A stretch of DNA of 64,000 nt from an uncultured Candidatus Saccharibacteria bacterium. Its GTDB lineage: Bacteria > Patescibacteriota > Saccharimonadia > Saccharimonadales > Saccharimonadaceae. Position numbers and translations under genes: made by a program. The notes beneath the pieces are model-generated. The model was not told the DNA's origin. It was given only the letters and a program-made list of their open reading frames with translations, and made no database searches. The stretch's first letter is position 1, and each line of letters begins with the position of its first letter. This document shows, piece by piece, positions 43,520-52,985 of the stretch. The DNA is taken from assembly GCA_948623715.1 (NCBI GenBank), contig CAPHDI010000002.1, forward strand, positions 13,626-77,625, in the 5' to 3' direction.

Positions 43520-43874
43520 TGGTGGAGCTGCCGGATACTGCCTCCGGGTCCGAAAAATCTCCATAATATCATTCTACACGCATAGTCCTTTGTTTCGTCG
43601 GTATAATCTCGCAGCTGCAAAGAACAAAACTGCCAGTACCCTGATCATAGATTGTCGGATTCGGGACGATCAATTCCCGTCTCTTATTACCGTTGTATGA
43701 TAATCTTTAGCCTACGGCAACTCAGCCTCAGACCAGCTTAAATTATATTCTTAAGCAAACGCAGGTGCGTAAAGCACATGCTTAGAAGTGTTTTTTGCAC
43801 TTATTAGAAATACTTACGGTATCACTCGACGTGCCTGATATCTGTTAATAATCCGTCTAAGCTTTGTCAGCCCC
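43520..43874 (-). ncRNA. ssrA: tmRNA
   Basis: 5' GGGGCTG and 3' CAGCTCCACCA acceptor ends. Tag frame 43798-43751 reads AKNTSKHVLYAPAFA*. Confidence 0.92.
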
Positions 43875-44024
43875 AACTACCACCATTCTAACACATCTCC
43901 GTACTAAATACAAGCATTTTATCTATTATTGTAATTTTTACATATACAGATACAAACGATGTATTTTTTACATTTCACGACTTTTTGCTTGTATTTTTAA
44001 CATACACTCTGCTACACTGAGTCA

Positions 44025-45623
44025 ATGATTGCAAAAGTATATTCCGCCATCCCCTATGGCTATGATGGTCACATCGTCACTGTCGAGGGCAATATCGCCA
44101 AGAGCCTCCCCGCCTTTAATATTGTCGGCATGGCCAATAAGACTATTACTGAAGCCCGCGAGCGTGTCCGCTCCGCCATCACCAACTCTGATCTATCCTT
44201 CCCTGACAAAAAAGTCACCATCAACCTCGCCCCCGCCGAGCTCGTTAAAGACGGCTCACATCTCGATCTCCCTATCGCCCTCGCCGTCCTTGTCCTTTCG
44301 AAGCAATTGCTCCCCACAGACGTTGAGAATAGGCTCTTTGTGGGCGAAGTCTCCCTTGATGGGCTAGTCAAGCCTGTCCGCGGCATTATCAATATTGTCG
44401 AAGCCGCTAAATCCGCCGGTTTCACCGAAATCTACCTCCCCTCCGCCAACCTCGCCCAAGCCTCTCTCATCCCCGATGTCCGCCTCTACAGCATAGATAG
44501 CTTGTCAAAATTACTCTTACACCTTAAGGGTATTCAACTCATTTCTGAATATTCTCCCTCTCAACCAGTTTATGTAAAAAATACTCCAACAGATTCCCCT
44601 ACTCTAGACAATGTCTACGGTCAAGACCTTGCCAAACGCGCTCTCACTATTGCCATTGCCGGCCATCATAATATCCTCCTCTCTGGCCCTCCTGGCGCCG
44701 GCAAGACCCTCCTCGCCCGTGTCGCTGCCAATCTCCTCCCGCCGCCTACCAGCTTAGAACAGACCGCCATCACGAAGATCCATACGCTTTATGGCGTTCC
44801 TGACCAGTACATTGCCTCTCGCCCCTTTCGCAGTCCTCATCACACCGCCAGCGCCATTTCTATCATCGGTGGTGGCGCCCATGCCCTGCCTGGCGAAATC
44901 TCTCTCGCTCATCACGGCATCCTTTTTCTAGACGAGATTCCTGAGTTTCCCCGAAGCGTCCTTGAAGCTCTGCGTCAACCCCTTGAAGACCGCCAGATCA
45001 CCATCACTCGCGCCAATCAACACGTCACCTACCCTGCGAATTTCATCCTCATCGCCACTATGAACCCCTGCCCCTGTGGCTACCTCAACGACCCCACGAA
45101 GGAATGCACCTGCACCACTCATCAAATCGAACAATACCGCAAACACCTCTCTGGCCCCATCCTCGACCGCATTGATCTCATTATTAACGTCGAAAAAGTC
45201 TCCCATGCCGACCTCATTGAGAGTATAAACCATGTCAAGAAAACAACGACAGACGACAGAAACGCGCACAATTCCCACGATATTCCTTCTGAAAATGTCA
45301 AAAATACTGAAACAGACATATCGCCCATTCATCAACGTGCAAAGACTAACATTATCTTTGCTCAATATCTACAAAACCAGCGCTACCATAAACCAGCCTT
45401 CTACAATTCCGATCTTTCCTCTCAAGACATCTCTAATTATGTCAAAATTACACCAACAGCGAAACAGCTTCTCGAATCCGCTCTTACTCAGCTTAATTTA
45501 TCCGCTCGCGCCTATTTTAAGACAATCAAAGTCGCTCAGACCATTGCCGATCTCGCCAACTCTCCCGAAGTCATGCCTGAGCACATTTCTGAAGCTCTCA
45601 GCCTCCGTCAATCGCTCATTTGA
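44025..45623 (+). CDS. comM: YifB/ComM family Mg-chelatase-like AAA ATPase
   Basis: TINLAPA..KDGSHLDLPIA, GPPGAGKT, PFRSPHHT, PGEISLAHHGILFLDE and MNPCPCG motifs. Confidence 0.93.
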   Translation: MIAKVYSAIPYGYDGHIVTVEGNIAKSLPAFNIVGMANKTITEARERVRSAITNSDLSFPDKKVTINLAPAELVKDGSHLDLPIALAVLVLSKQLLPTDVENRLFVGEVSLDGLVKPVRGIINIVEAAKSAGFTEIYLPSANLAQASLIPDVRLYSIDSLSKLLLHLKGIQLISEYSPSQPVYVKNTPTDSPTLDNVYGQDLAKRALTIAIAGHHNILLSGPPGAGKTLLARVAANLLPPPTSLEQTAITKIHTLYGVPDQYIASRPFRSPHHTASAISIIGGGAHALPGEISLAHHGILFLDEIPEFPRSVLEALRQPLEDRQITITRANQHVTYPANFILIATMNPCPCGYLNDPTKECTCTTHQIEQYRKHLSGPILDRIDLIINVEKVSHADLIESINHVKKTTTDDRNAHNSHDIPSENVKNTETDISPIHQRAKTNIIFAQYLQNQRYHKPAFYNSDLSSQDISNYVKITPTAKQLLESALTQLNLSARAYFKTIKVAQTIADLANSPEVMPEHISEALSLRQSLI

Positions 45624-45767
45624 GCACAAAAATTATCGCCTGCACACAAATTTTAAGCATAAAAATCGTCCTATTCTATCATTTCTAGAGCATAAACCCC
45701 TTGCGTTCCCTAGTAAACTTTGATATAATGAACCTAATGTTCAAAGTTAAGCGAAAGGAAGCCAGCC

Positions 45768-46292
45768 ATTAGTAAAACATCACGCACCAAACTCAACGGA
45801 GAAATTCGTTACCCTCAAGTTCGCGTAATCGGTACTAATGGAGAGCAGCTCGGTATTATGTCGAGTCGCGATGCGCAGATGATCGCCCGAGAACAGGGTG
45901 TCGACCTAGTAGAAATCGCTGCTAACGCCGACCCACCAGTTGTCAAAGTCATCGATTGGGGAAAATATCAGTACCAAAAGATGAAAGAGGAAGCGAAGAA
46001 TCGCAAAAAAGCCCGCGAAAAACAGTCCGAGCTCAAGACGATGAAAATCGGCCTCAAAATCAGTGACAACGACCTCAATATCAAAGCTCGCAAGATTAAG
46101 AGTTTCCTAGAAGACGGCGACCGTGTCAAAATCATGATCGTCTTCCGTGGCCGCGAAATGGCCCACAAGGAGCTCGGTCAAGCTATGCTAGACAAAGTCA
46201 TAGCCCTCATTTCCGAGGAATGTGACATCGTCCAAGAAGGCAAGACTCAATTTGCTGGGCGCAACTTATCAGTCGGAATTCGGAAGAAGTAA
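45768..46292 (+). CDS. infC: Translation initiation factor IF-3 (ATT start)
   Basis: The frame extends upstream of ORF 45858 to an ATT at 45768 after an AAGGA RBS (…KLNGEIRYPQVRVIG…). An AUU start is the established infC feature. Confidence 0.93.
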   Translation: MSKTSRTKLNGEIRYPQVRVIGTNGEQLGIMSSRDAQMIAREQGVDLVEIAANADPPVVKVIDWGKYQYQKMKEEAKNRKKAREKQSELKTMKIGLKISDNDLNIKARKIKSFLEDGDRVKIMIVFRGREMAHKELGQAMLDKVIALISEECDIVQEGKTQFAGRNLSVGIRKK

Positions 46293-46357
46293 TTTCCTAC
46301 TTCCACGGTTCCCTGATCGCATATTAAATAATAATCAATAACTAAAGGAAAACCTAT

Positions 46358-46552
46358 ATGCCTAAGTTAAAAACGCATAAAGGCACCGCAAAGCGTATCA
46401 AGATTACCGGTTCCGGTAAAATTGCTCGCGAACGTGCCTACGGCAACCACATCCTTGCCAAAAAATCCAAAGCCCGCAAGCGCAACATGAAAACCGCTGC
46501 TTTCGTCAATGGCAAGATCAAGAAAAACGTTAAGACTGCATTAGGAGTTTAA
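46358..46552 (+). CDS. rpmI: 50S ribosomal protein L35
   Basis: MPKLKTHKGTAKRIKITGSGK; lies between infC and rplT. Confidence 0.96.
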   Translation: MPKLKTHKGTAKRIKITGSGKIARERAYGNHILAKKSKARKRNMKTAAFVNGKIKKNVKTALGV

Positions 46553-46554
46553 GA

Positions 46555-46905
46555 ATGAGAGTTAAACGTGGTGTCCCCGCTCGGGCCAAGCATAAGAAAA
46601 TTTTAAACTCTGCGAAAGGTATGCAACACTACCGCACCCGCAGTTTCCGCCTCGCAAAGCAAGGCGTTATCAAATCATTGCGTTATTCCTACCGCGACCG
46701 TCGCAACCGCAAACGCGACCTCCGCGCTCTTTGGATCACGCGTATCAACAACGCATCTCGCGAATTAGGCCTTTCCTACTCGCAGCTCATGGCCGGCCTC
46801 AAGAAAAACGGTACGACTATCGACCGCAAGATCCTTTCCGAGCTCGCCGTTAGCCAGCCTGATGCATTCAAAGCTATCGTAAGCACCGTGAAGGAGAACA
46901 AATAA
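46555..46905 (+). CDS. rplT: 50S ribosomal protein L20
   Basis: MRVKRG...YRDRRNRKRDLRALWITRIN. Confidence 0.97.
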   Translation: MRVKRGVPARAKHKKILNSAKGMQHYRTRSFRLAKQGVIKSLRYSYRDRRNRKRDLRALWITRINNASRELGLSYSQLMAGLKKNGTTIDRKILSELAVSQPDAFKAIVSTVKENK

Positions 46906-47099
46906 TGGCAGTTTGTGAAATCAGCGGCAAAGGCAAGATGTATGGTCACAATGTGTCCTTCTCGCAGCGCAAGACCCGCAAAGTCTTCAAGCCCAATGTC
47001 CAAAAGAAAACTTTAATCATTGATGGCCAAAAAGTCCGGGTCAACGTTGCTACTTCTACGCTTCGCACCTTGAAGAAAAAAGGTCTCATCAAGAAATAA
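46905..47099 (+). CDS. rpmB: 50S ribosomal protein L28
   Basis: CEISGK...GHNVSFSQRKT.KVFKPNVQ. Confidence 0.95.
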   Translation: MAVCEISGKGKMYGHNVSFSQRKTRKVFKPNVQKKTLIIDGQKVRVNVATSTLRTLKKKGLIKK

Positions 47100-47150
47100 T
47101 CTACGATTTTAATAATCATAAGAAATCACCCCGTATGGGGTGATTTCTTT

Positions 47151-47489
47151 GAGCCTTCAGTAAGCCGGGTTCTGTAATAGCCCCTCTCAGGACTACCGAC
47201 AACCATCTATCTAGTCTCGATGTTGCCACCGAGCTCAAGCGGTGAGCGTGCATCCTCTGGCCGAGGTACGTAGCACTCCTTGCAGCTGGCAGGGTTTGCC
47301 CCCGGCGCATGTCACCATGCGCCGCTGTGAGCTCTTACCTCACTCTTTTCACCTTTGCCAAATTTCTTTGGCCGTTTAAGTTTCTGTGGTACTTTCCCTA
47401 TCCTTACGGACGGTCGCCGTTAGCGACTACCATGCCATGTGCTGCCCGGACTTTCCTCTTGGACTCCCAAGCGATTGTCTTTCAGGCTC
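47151..47489 (-). ncRNA. rnpB: RNase P RNA
   Basis: GAGGAAAGTCCGGGC near the 5' end, ACAGAACCCGGCTTA near the 3' end, and P1 gagcct/aggctc. Confidence 0.95.
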
Positions 47490-47527
47490 TCTTATATATT
47501 ACCACATATTCCCCCTCCCCGCAACTT

Positions 47528-48922
47528 TTACTTCACTACACACCGAATCGTATATCCGCCATACCGATACTGCTCCCCACTCTCAGCATCAATCACAGTA
47601 TTATTAAAATATAGATTATACACGCGAGATCCATTCAATGTGCTCGTCCAATAATTACCACTCAATCCAACAGACTTCAATGCGCCATCATTAGCCTTAA
47701 AATATCCCGCCGCCGGGAAAAAGGCTCCGCCGACTTCATTTTCTGCCTCAACTCCCAACCAATAGCCAAAAGTCTCGCTATTAGATTCCCAAGTCCCCAC
47801 TTTTACTGTACCTTTATCAGCCAATAATTTAAGATCACCTTCCGCCCCACCCACCGGCAATCGCCACTCTTTCGGGCAAACATCATAGCCAATTCCTTCC
47901 GTCCCTGCCGTCGCTGTATACCAAGTATAATACGCTCCGTATAAAACTTTATTGCCATAATATACATGGTTACCCGTCGCAGAAGTATCGGTCCATGCTT
48001 CCGAACTCGGCACTGTGAAGTTTACACTCACATTCGAATCATATTCCGTAATCGTCTTATTCAATCCCGCTTTTATACTATCACCCGTAATTCTTAGATT
48101 CTGCGTCATCCAGCACTTCCCATCCGCTAACTTCGCCACTGTATAAGTATTATTATCTCGTATGTCCGTCAATGTCGTCTCCGTCCCGATCGCCACCGAG
48201 TCACATACTTCCATCGTCATATCCTGCATATAGACGAGATCATCCCACGGTACATACATTACCGACGCCGGCGTCGCGACTACCGACAAATTAGCTGAAG
48301 CCTTATACGTCCCCGCCGTCGCCTCCTCATTAAACTTCGTCGCGAACACTAATTTCCTCGAGAAATCCACCCCGCCTTCAATCACATCGTCCCCCGCCAG
48401 ACCCTTACTTGCCGCCGATCCATAGCTCAGCTCCTCATTTGCCGTCTCAACATTTCCCCAGCTATACCCCCATGAATTATCTACCAACTCAGTACCTTTC
48501 ACGCCTTCCGTTCCCGCTAAATCCTCCGGCCCGCTCATCTTCACTTCCGACAAGGTCATCGTATAATCCGTAATATCTTTCGCCGATAATTTAATTGTAT
48601 GCTCCGAATAATTCACCTTACCATATTCCGCCACCACTTTATCATAAACCGCCGTACCGTTATTATCGATACTTAGTGAAACCGTTGGCACCGCATGTTC
48701 AGTCGGCGTTGTCAAGATCGGCACCGTCTCACATACTCCATTTATCTCCTTTATCGTATAACCAGATGGCATGTCCGGCAACATCGAACAAGCAACTGCA
48801 TCAACTTTACTAACTGGCACTAATCCTAAAAGCAGAGCCACCACACCCACGCAAAGCCCTATTGGAATACTATGATGACTTTTGCGCAAAAAGTTATATT
48901 TTTGTAAGTATGATTGGTGCAT
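47528..48922 (-). CDS. Exported Fib_succ_major/FISUMP-domain protein, paralog of the DGR target
   Basis: MQDMT..VC...LTDIRDNNTYTVAKLADGKCWMTQNL...YYTWYTATAGT...CPKEWRLP...FPAAG...IRCVVK. Confidence 0.85.
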   Translation of the reverse strand: MHQSYLQKYNFLRKSHHSIPIGLCVGVVALLLGLVPVSKVDAVACSMLPDMPSGYTIKEINGVCETVPILTTPTEHAVPTVSLSIDNNGTAVYDKVVAEYGKVNYSEHTIKLSAKDITDYTMTLSEVKMSGPEDLAGTEGVKGTELVDNSWGYSWGNVETANEELSYGSAASKGLAGDDVIEGGVDFSRKLVFATKFNEEATAGTYKASANLSVVATPASVMYVPWDDLVYMQDMTMEVCDSVAIGTETTLTDIRDNNTYTVAKLADGKCWMTQNLRITGDSIKAGLNKTITEYDSNVSVNFTVPSSEAWTDTSATGNHVYYGNKVLYGAYYTWYTATAGTEGIGYDVCPKEWRLPVGGAEGDLKLLADKGTVKVGTWESNSETFGYWLGVEAENEVGGAFFPAAGYFKANDGALKSVGLSGNYWTSTLNGSRVYNLYFNNTVIDAESGEQYRYGGYTIRCVVK

Positions 48923-49195
48923 GTGGCCCTCCTTTTAGTTTAGATAGGAACCCTGCGTGGCACCTTTTTACCTATCTAACATGCTGGTAGCCAGATGCAA
49001 ATGTATACCAACAAAAAGGCACCACTAGGGGTGTTACAGCAATCAAGTCGGCAAAGTCACAATGACGATCCGCAGAAAGCTCCCTAATGGCGCCTTCAAC
49101 AATCATCATCATGACAAAATAAAAACCTTGCCATATTAAATCCTGATTACTGTAACACTACCATTATATCACAAAACTCTAAGCTTTTTAGAAAA

Positions 49196-50041
49196 TTAAC
49201 TCTCAAAATGTCGATCTACTGCAAGATTCGCTTGTTCGTCCGCCTTAGTATTCTGCTCACGCGCCACATGCACAAATGCACACGCCTCAAACTTCCCCAC
49301 TAACTCTCGCACACTATTATATATCGACAAAATATCACGATTTTTAACCTTATACACCCCGTTCATCTGATTCACCATCATCAAATTATCAGCGACAAAT
49401 CTCACCGATTTCAGTCCCAATTCTAACGCCTTCTCACATCCCGCTTTTAGAGCATAATACTCCGCCACTCTCGATGTCGCAAACCCGATAAACTCTCCCC
49501 CGCATGCCAACACTTCCCCATTCGGGCCCACAATATAATAACCAATCCCTGCCGGCCCCGGATTTCCCCGACTACACCCATCGACATAAATCGTTGCACT
49601 ATTCGCCACCGTCTTGTAATTCGCACGATTTCCGTGGTCTGTCTCGATTTCTAACGCCGTCAAGCTCGCCTCATCAAGATGATACCCCGCCAGCTCATCC
49701 GTCTTAATATATTTATACGCCGTATACCGCTCCTGCGGTATAATTTTTGTATTCTCAGCCAATTTTACCGTATATATTATATACAAATTGCTCAGCTGAC
49801 TTGACCCCTGTGGCGCCAAAAAAGTGATCACATCTTTTAATTCCGTCTTTTCCGTCACCTCGACGCCGAGATACTCCTCTAGCATTCGGTCCATCGCCTC
49901 TTCCGGCTGTTCACCAAATTTAATCTTCCCCGTCGGCAACTCCCAAATCGGCGCACTGTCGACCCGACCTTGCGACTTCTTCATAATCAGGACTTCCCGC
50001 CCATTTTGTATTATACCAGCAACTCGAATGCGTTGTTTCAT
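49196..50041 (-). CDS. NUDIX-like domain fused to ribonuclease HI family domain
   Basis: Degenerate Nudix box WELPTGKIKFGEQPEEAMDRMLEEYLG; IYVDGCSRGNPGPAG...AEY.AL...HVAREQN..AD..AN. Confidence 0.85.
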   Translation of the reverse strand: MKQRIRVAGIIQNGREVLIMKKSQGRVDSAPIWELPTGKIKFGEQPEEAMDRMLEEYLGVEVTEKTELKDVITFLAPQGSSQLSNLYIIYTVKLAENTKIIPQERYTAYKYIKTDELAGYHLDEASLTALEIETDHGNRANYKTVANSATIYVDGCSRGNPGPAGIGYYIVGPNGEVLACGGEFIGFATSRVAEYYALKAGCEKALELGLKSVRFVADNLMMVNQMNGVYKVKNRDILSIYNSVRELVGKFEACAFVHVAREQNTKADEQANLAVDRHFES

Positions 50042-50080
50042 TATTTCAAATTCTACCTAAATAAATCAGCCTCTATTTGC

Positions 50081-50205
50081 CCAGGGTGCTTTAAAAATAG
50101 GATTATACGCGGAAGAAGCGAGCAGCGGACCGAGCCGTACTACAAGTACGGTGAAGGAGCAGCGCAACTTCTGACAAAGTAGAATCCATTTTTAAGGCAC
50201 CCTGG
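50081..50205. repeat. 125-bp palindromic MITE-like element
   Basis: Terminal inverted repeats ccagggtgctttaaaaat / atttttaaggcaccctgg; apex ccgtac-tacaa-gtacgg. Confidence 0.6.
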
Positions 50206-50329
50206 TGACGATGTTTTCCCTGTAGTATATACAAGGTGGGTAAAATCTTATGCGACACTTCCACGGAAGTGAGCCACGAAATCCCTAAACATGATTATTC
50301 AGGAAAATCATGCCGCCACCAAGGCTACC
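50196..50329 (-). ncRNA. ssrS: Probable short 6S RNA
   Basis: Rod-shaped fold: closing stem ccttggtggcg..ttttcctg / cagggaaa..cgtcaccaggg, a central bubble containing CCCACCTTG, and apical cacttcc/ggaagtg. TGGTATAAT lies directly upstream. Confidence 0.55.
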
Positions 50330-50392
50330 TCTATTATACCACACTTCCCCTCTATCTCCTAGAGACTTTAGCTCAGTAATTCCTACTATTTT

Positions 50393-51061
50393 TCAGAATA
50401 AATGCGTGAACCAAGAGAAGCCGCTCAATATCCCCGACACCGCCCCGCCCATCACCACCGACAGGAAGCTCGGGAATACAATCACTACTAGCATCACCAC
50501 GATAATCCCCCATCTCTCCATCCCGTCCATCACATTTCTCACCGCATCCGGCGCAATCGCATACAACACCCGCGATCCATCTAGCGGCGGGATCGGGATC
50601 AGGTTAAACACTCCGAACCCCAAATTTACCAGCACGAACTCCGCAATAATTATTCCCCATAACCCCGTCGTGTAATATAATCCTCCATCCATCACCTGCA
50701 AAGCTCCTGTCCACGTCCCGATTAGGAACCCCACAAACGCCAAGATAAAGTTCGTCAACGGCCCTGCAATTGCCACTAGCGCCATCCCCCATGGCCCATG
50801 TTTTAGCTTACTCGTATTTACCGGCACCGGCTTCGCTCCCCCAAAGATCGGCCCGCCACTCATAAACATCATGATCGGAATCAAGAATGACATTACTGGA
50901 TCGAGATGTTTCAGCGGATTTAGCGTCAACCGCCCATCATCCTTTGCCGTATTATCACCTAGCCAGTACGCCACCAATCCATGCGCCAGCTCATGTAGAA
51001 CCATCGACACCAAAATCACCATCAAGATAATTACTAATGTCAATATACTATTTCCGCTCAA
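50393..51061 (-). CDS. Site-2 protease family (M50) protein
   Basis: HELAHG, AGPLTN and FNLIPIPPLDGSR motifs. Confidence 0.92.
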   Translation of the reverse strand: MSGNSILTLVIILMVILVSMVLHELAHGLVAYWLGDNTAKDDGRLTLNPLKHLDPVMSFLIPIMMFMSGGPIFGGAKPVPVNTSKLKHGPWGMALVAIAGPLTNFILAFVGFLIGTWTGALQVMDGGLYYTTGLWGIIIAEFVLVNLGFGVFNLIPIPPLDGSRVLYAIAPDAVRNVMDGMERWGIIVVMLVVIVFPSFLSVVMGGAVSGILSGFSWFTHLF

Positions 51062-51109
51062 TTTTCACCTCTACTTGCCGCAAAGCTCATTCAGAACTCG
51101 CATATAATA

Positions 51110-51565
51110 CTACGTCAGCGCAATCACTTCCAGCGCCACCGGCAACGCCTCAAAATTCTTCAATTTATACTTCTTCTCCGCCCTCGGCGCCAGCTTCAGC
51201 TCTGTTACCATTCCGTCAACATTCCCCATCGCGATCACCACTTTCGGCTCCACCTCGCGCACTGCCCTCACTGACGAAGTACATAATACATCCGACACAC
51301 CTAGCTCATCCAGCATCGCCGCTTCTTCATTATCGCCAATGATCCCGATATGTACCGTGCCAATCACCGCCTCATATGCCGTCCGGTCACCCTTCGTCGC
51401 GAGCCCACGAATCGCTACGTCACCGATCTCGAACTCCCCCGGCCCTTCAATCTTCCCCACATTCAGATTCGCATCAATCACCCCCTCCGCCACGTTAAAC
51501 TTAATACTCGTCTTCTTCGTCGTTAAAATAATTTCATCTGGATTTTTACATTCAATTTCAAACAT
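51110..51565 (-). CDS. Hypothetical protein resembling a reduced MBL-fold hydrolase
   Basis: IEGPGEFEIGDVAIRG and EVEPKVVIAM motifs; no metal-binding His motif is visible. Confidence 0.6.
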   Translation of the reverse strand: MFEIECKNPDEIILTTKKTSIKFNVAEGVIDANLNVGKIEGPGEFEIGDVAIRGLATKGDRTAYEAVIGTVHIGIIGDNEEAAMLDELGVSDVLCTSSVRAVREVEPKVVIAMGNVDGMVTELKLAPRAEKKYKLKNFEALPVALEVIALT

Positions 51566-51574
51566 TTTACCTCC

Positions 51575-52216
51575 TTACATCTCCACCGTTGCGTCTACTT
51601 TTATAATTCCCTCTGGATCATACAATTCTGTAATTTCCATATCTTCAAGAATCCCCATCACAAACTTATCTTTCACGCTTAGTCGATAAAGGTAGTCATC
51701 TCGCCCTAGAATTACATAATCTAGCGGTTTCCCCTGTTTCTTCTCGACCACTTCCGCCCATCGTGTTAGCTTCTTGGTTTTATCATCCCCAATTATCAAT
51801 AGATCAATTCCATCCTGCCCCGGCGCTCGGTTAAATAACGCCATCCCCCTCAGATATCGCGACACTGGCTTAATATACTCATCCCAGCTATTCGACGGTC
51901 GCCGTTTAATTTCCTGTACTTTCGTCGCCGCCACTGCCTTGTGTGGCGCAAACATCTCCTGAAAAGCATGTGCAAACGGATGTTTCATGTTCGCCGCATA
52001 GTAGACCTTATTATCAAAAGTTTCATTCCGTATCACCCCTATACTTTCTAGATTCATCAACTCTCGCCGCACCGAGTTAATCTGCTCCTCGATTAGCCGT
52101 GTGATTTCCCGTACATAAAAAGATTTATTCGTATTCGCAAAGAATAGCTCCAATAATTTCGCTCGCGTCTTTGACCCGAAAATTTTTTCAACTGGCGCAT
52201 TATTTTCTTTACTCAT
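51575..52216 (-). CDS. Winged-helix transcriptional regulator-like protein
   Basis: FGSKTRAKLL..F...FYVREITR...INSVRREL.NL; C-terminal IDLLIIGD. Confidence 0.8.
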   Translation of the reverse strand: MSKENNAPVEKIFGSKTRAKLLELFFANTNKSFYVREITRLIEEQINSVRRELMNLESIGVIRNETFDNKVYYAANMKHPFAHAFQEMFAPHKAVAATKVQEIKRRPSNSWDEYIKPVSRYLRGMALFNRAPGQDGIDLLIIGDDKTKKLTRWAEVVEKKQGKPLDYVILGRDDYLYRLSVKDKFVMGILEDMEITELYDPEGIIKVDATVEM

Positions 52217-52985
52217 CCTGTATACATTTTATCACGTATTCCCTAATTTCCGCAAGTGGCAACCAGTTAATTTTATTATTTCTTTTAAACCACGTCATTT
52301 GTCGCTTCGCGAGATGCCAGTCATCATAAGTCGCCAGTTCTTTTGCCCGTTCTAAATTGTATTCACCCTGCATATATCCCCACGCAAACTGATAAATATC
52401 ACTCTTCATCGCCTGACTCCCCCAGCCATACTTTTCTACTAATCTCGCAGTCTCCTCGTACAAATCTTGAATAAATAATTTGCTCACCCTCTCTGTTATT
52501 CTCTCCCGCAAAACTTCTGGGTCTGTCTTCACGCCAATGAGTAAATAATTTGTACAGTCACCTTTCCGGTCTTCCTGCGACACTTTTTTCTCATCACTAA
52601 ACTTATAATCAAACACTAACGCATCAATATACAATCCCGTTCCTCCTACCACCATCGGCAGATTCCCCCGTTCCCGAATCTCCGCTATTTTTCCGAGAGC
52701 ATATTCCTTCCAATCCGCCACCGTAAATCTCTCCCCTGGCTCGACCAGATCAATTCCCCAGTGTTTTATTCCCTGTTGTTCACCCGGGGTCGGTTTTGCC
52801 GTCCCGATATCCATCCCCTTATATATCGCTCGTGAATCCGCCGAAATAATCTCCGCCCCAGCAAACCCCGCTAGCGGCCGCCCTTCCCTCGCCCGAGCTT
52901 CTATCTCCAAAGCAATCTCAATCGCCACCCCTGTCTTCCCGCTTGCCGTCGGCCCTAAGATTACAACTGTTTTATCAAATTCCAT
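52209..52985 (-). CDS. miaA: tRNA dimethylallyltransferase
   Basis: GPTASGKT, IISADSR.IYKGMDIGTAKP, VGGTGLYI and AKRQMTWF motifs. Confidence 0.95.
   Translation of the reverse strand: MEFDKTVVILGPTASGKTGVAIEIALEIEARAREGRPLAGFAGAEIISADSRAIYKGMDIGTAKPTPGEQQGIKHWGIDLVEPGERFTVADWKEYALGKIAEIRERGNLPMVVGGTGLYIDALVFDYKFSDEKKVSQEDRKGDCTNYLLIGVKTDPEVLRERITERVSKLFIQDLYEETARLVEKYGWGSQAMKSDIYQFAWGYMQGEYNLERAKELATYDDWHLAKRQMTWFKRNNKINWLPLAEIREYVIKCIQDE

Noticed and set aside
47531..47715. Second active VR for the TR at 1199-1381
   Set aside because: Many mismatches at non-adenine positions and no gap-free nucleotide identity.
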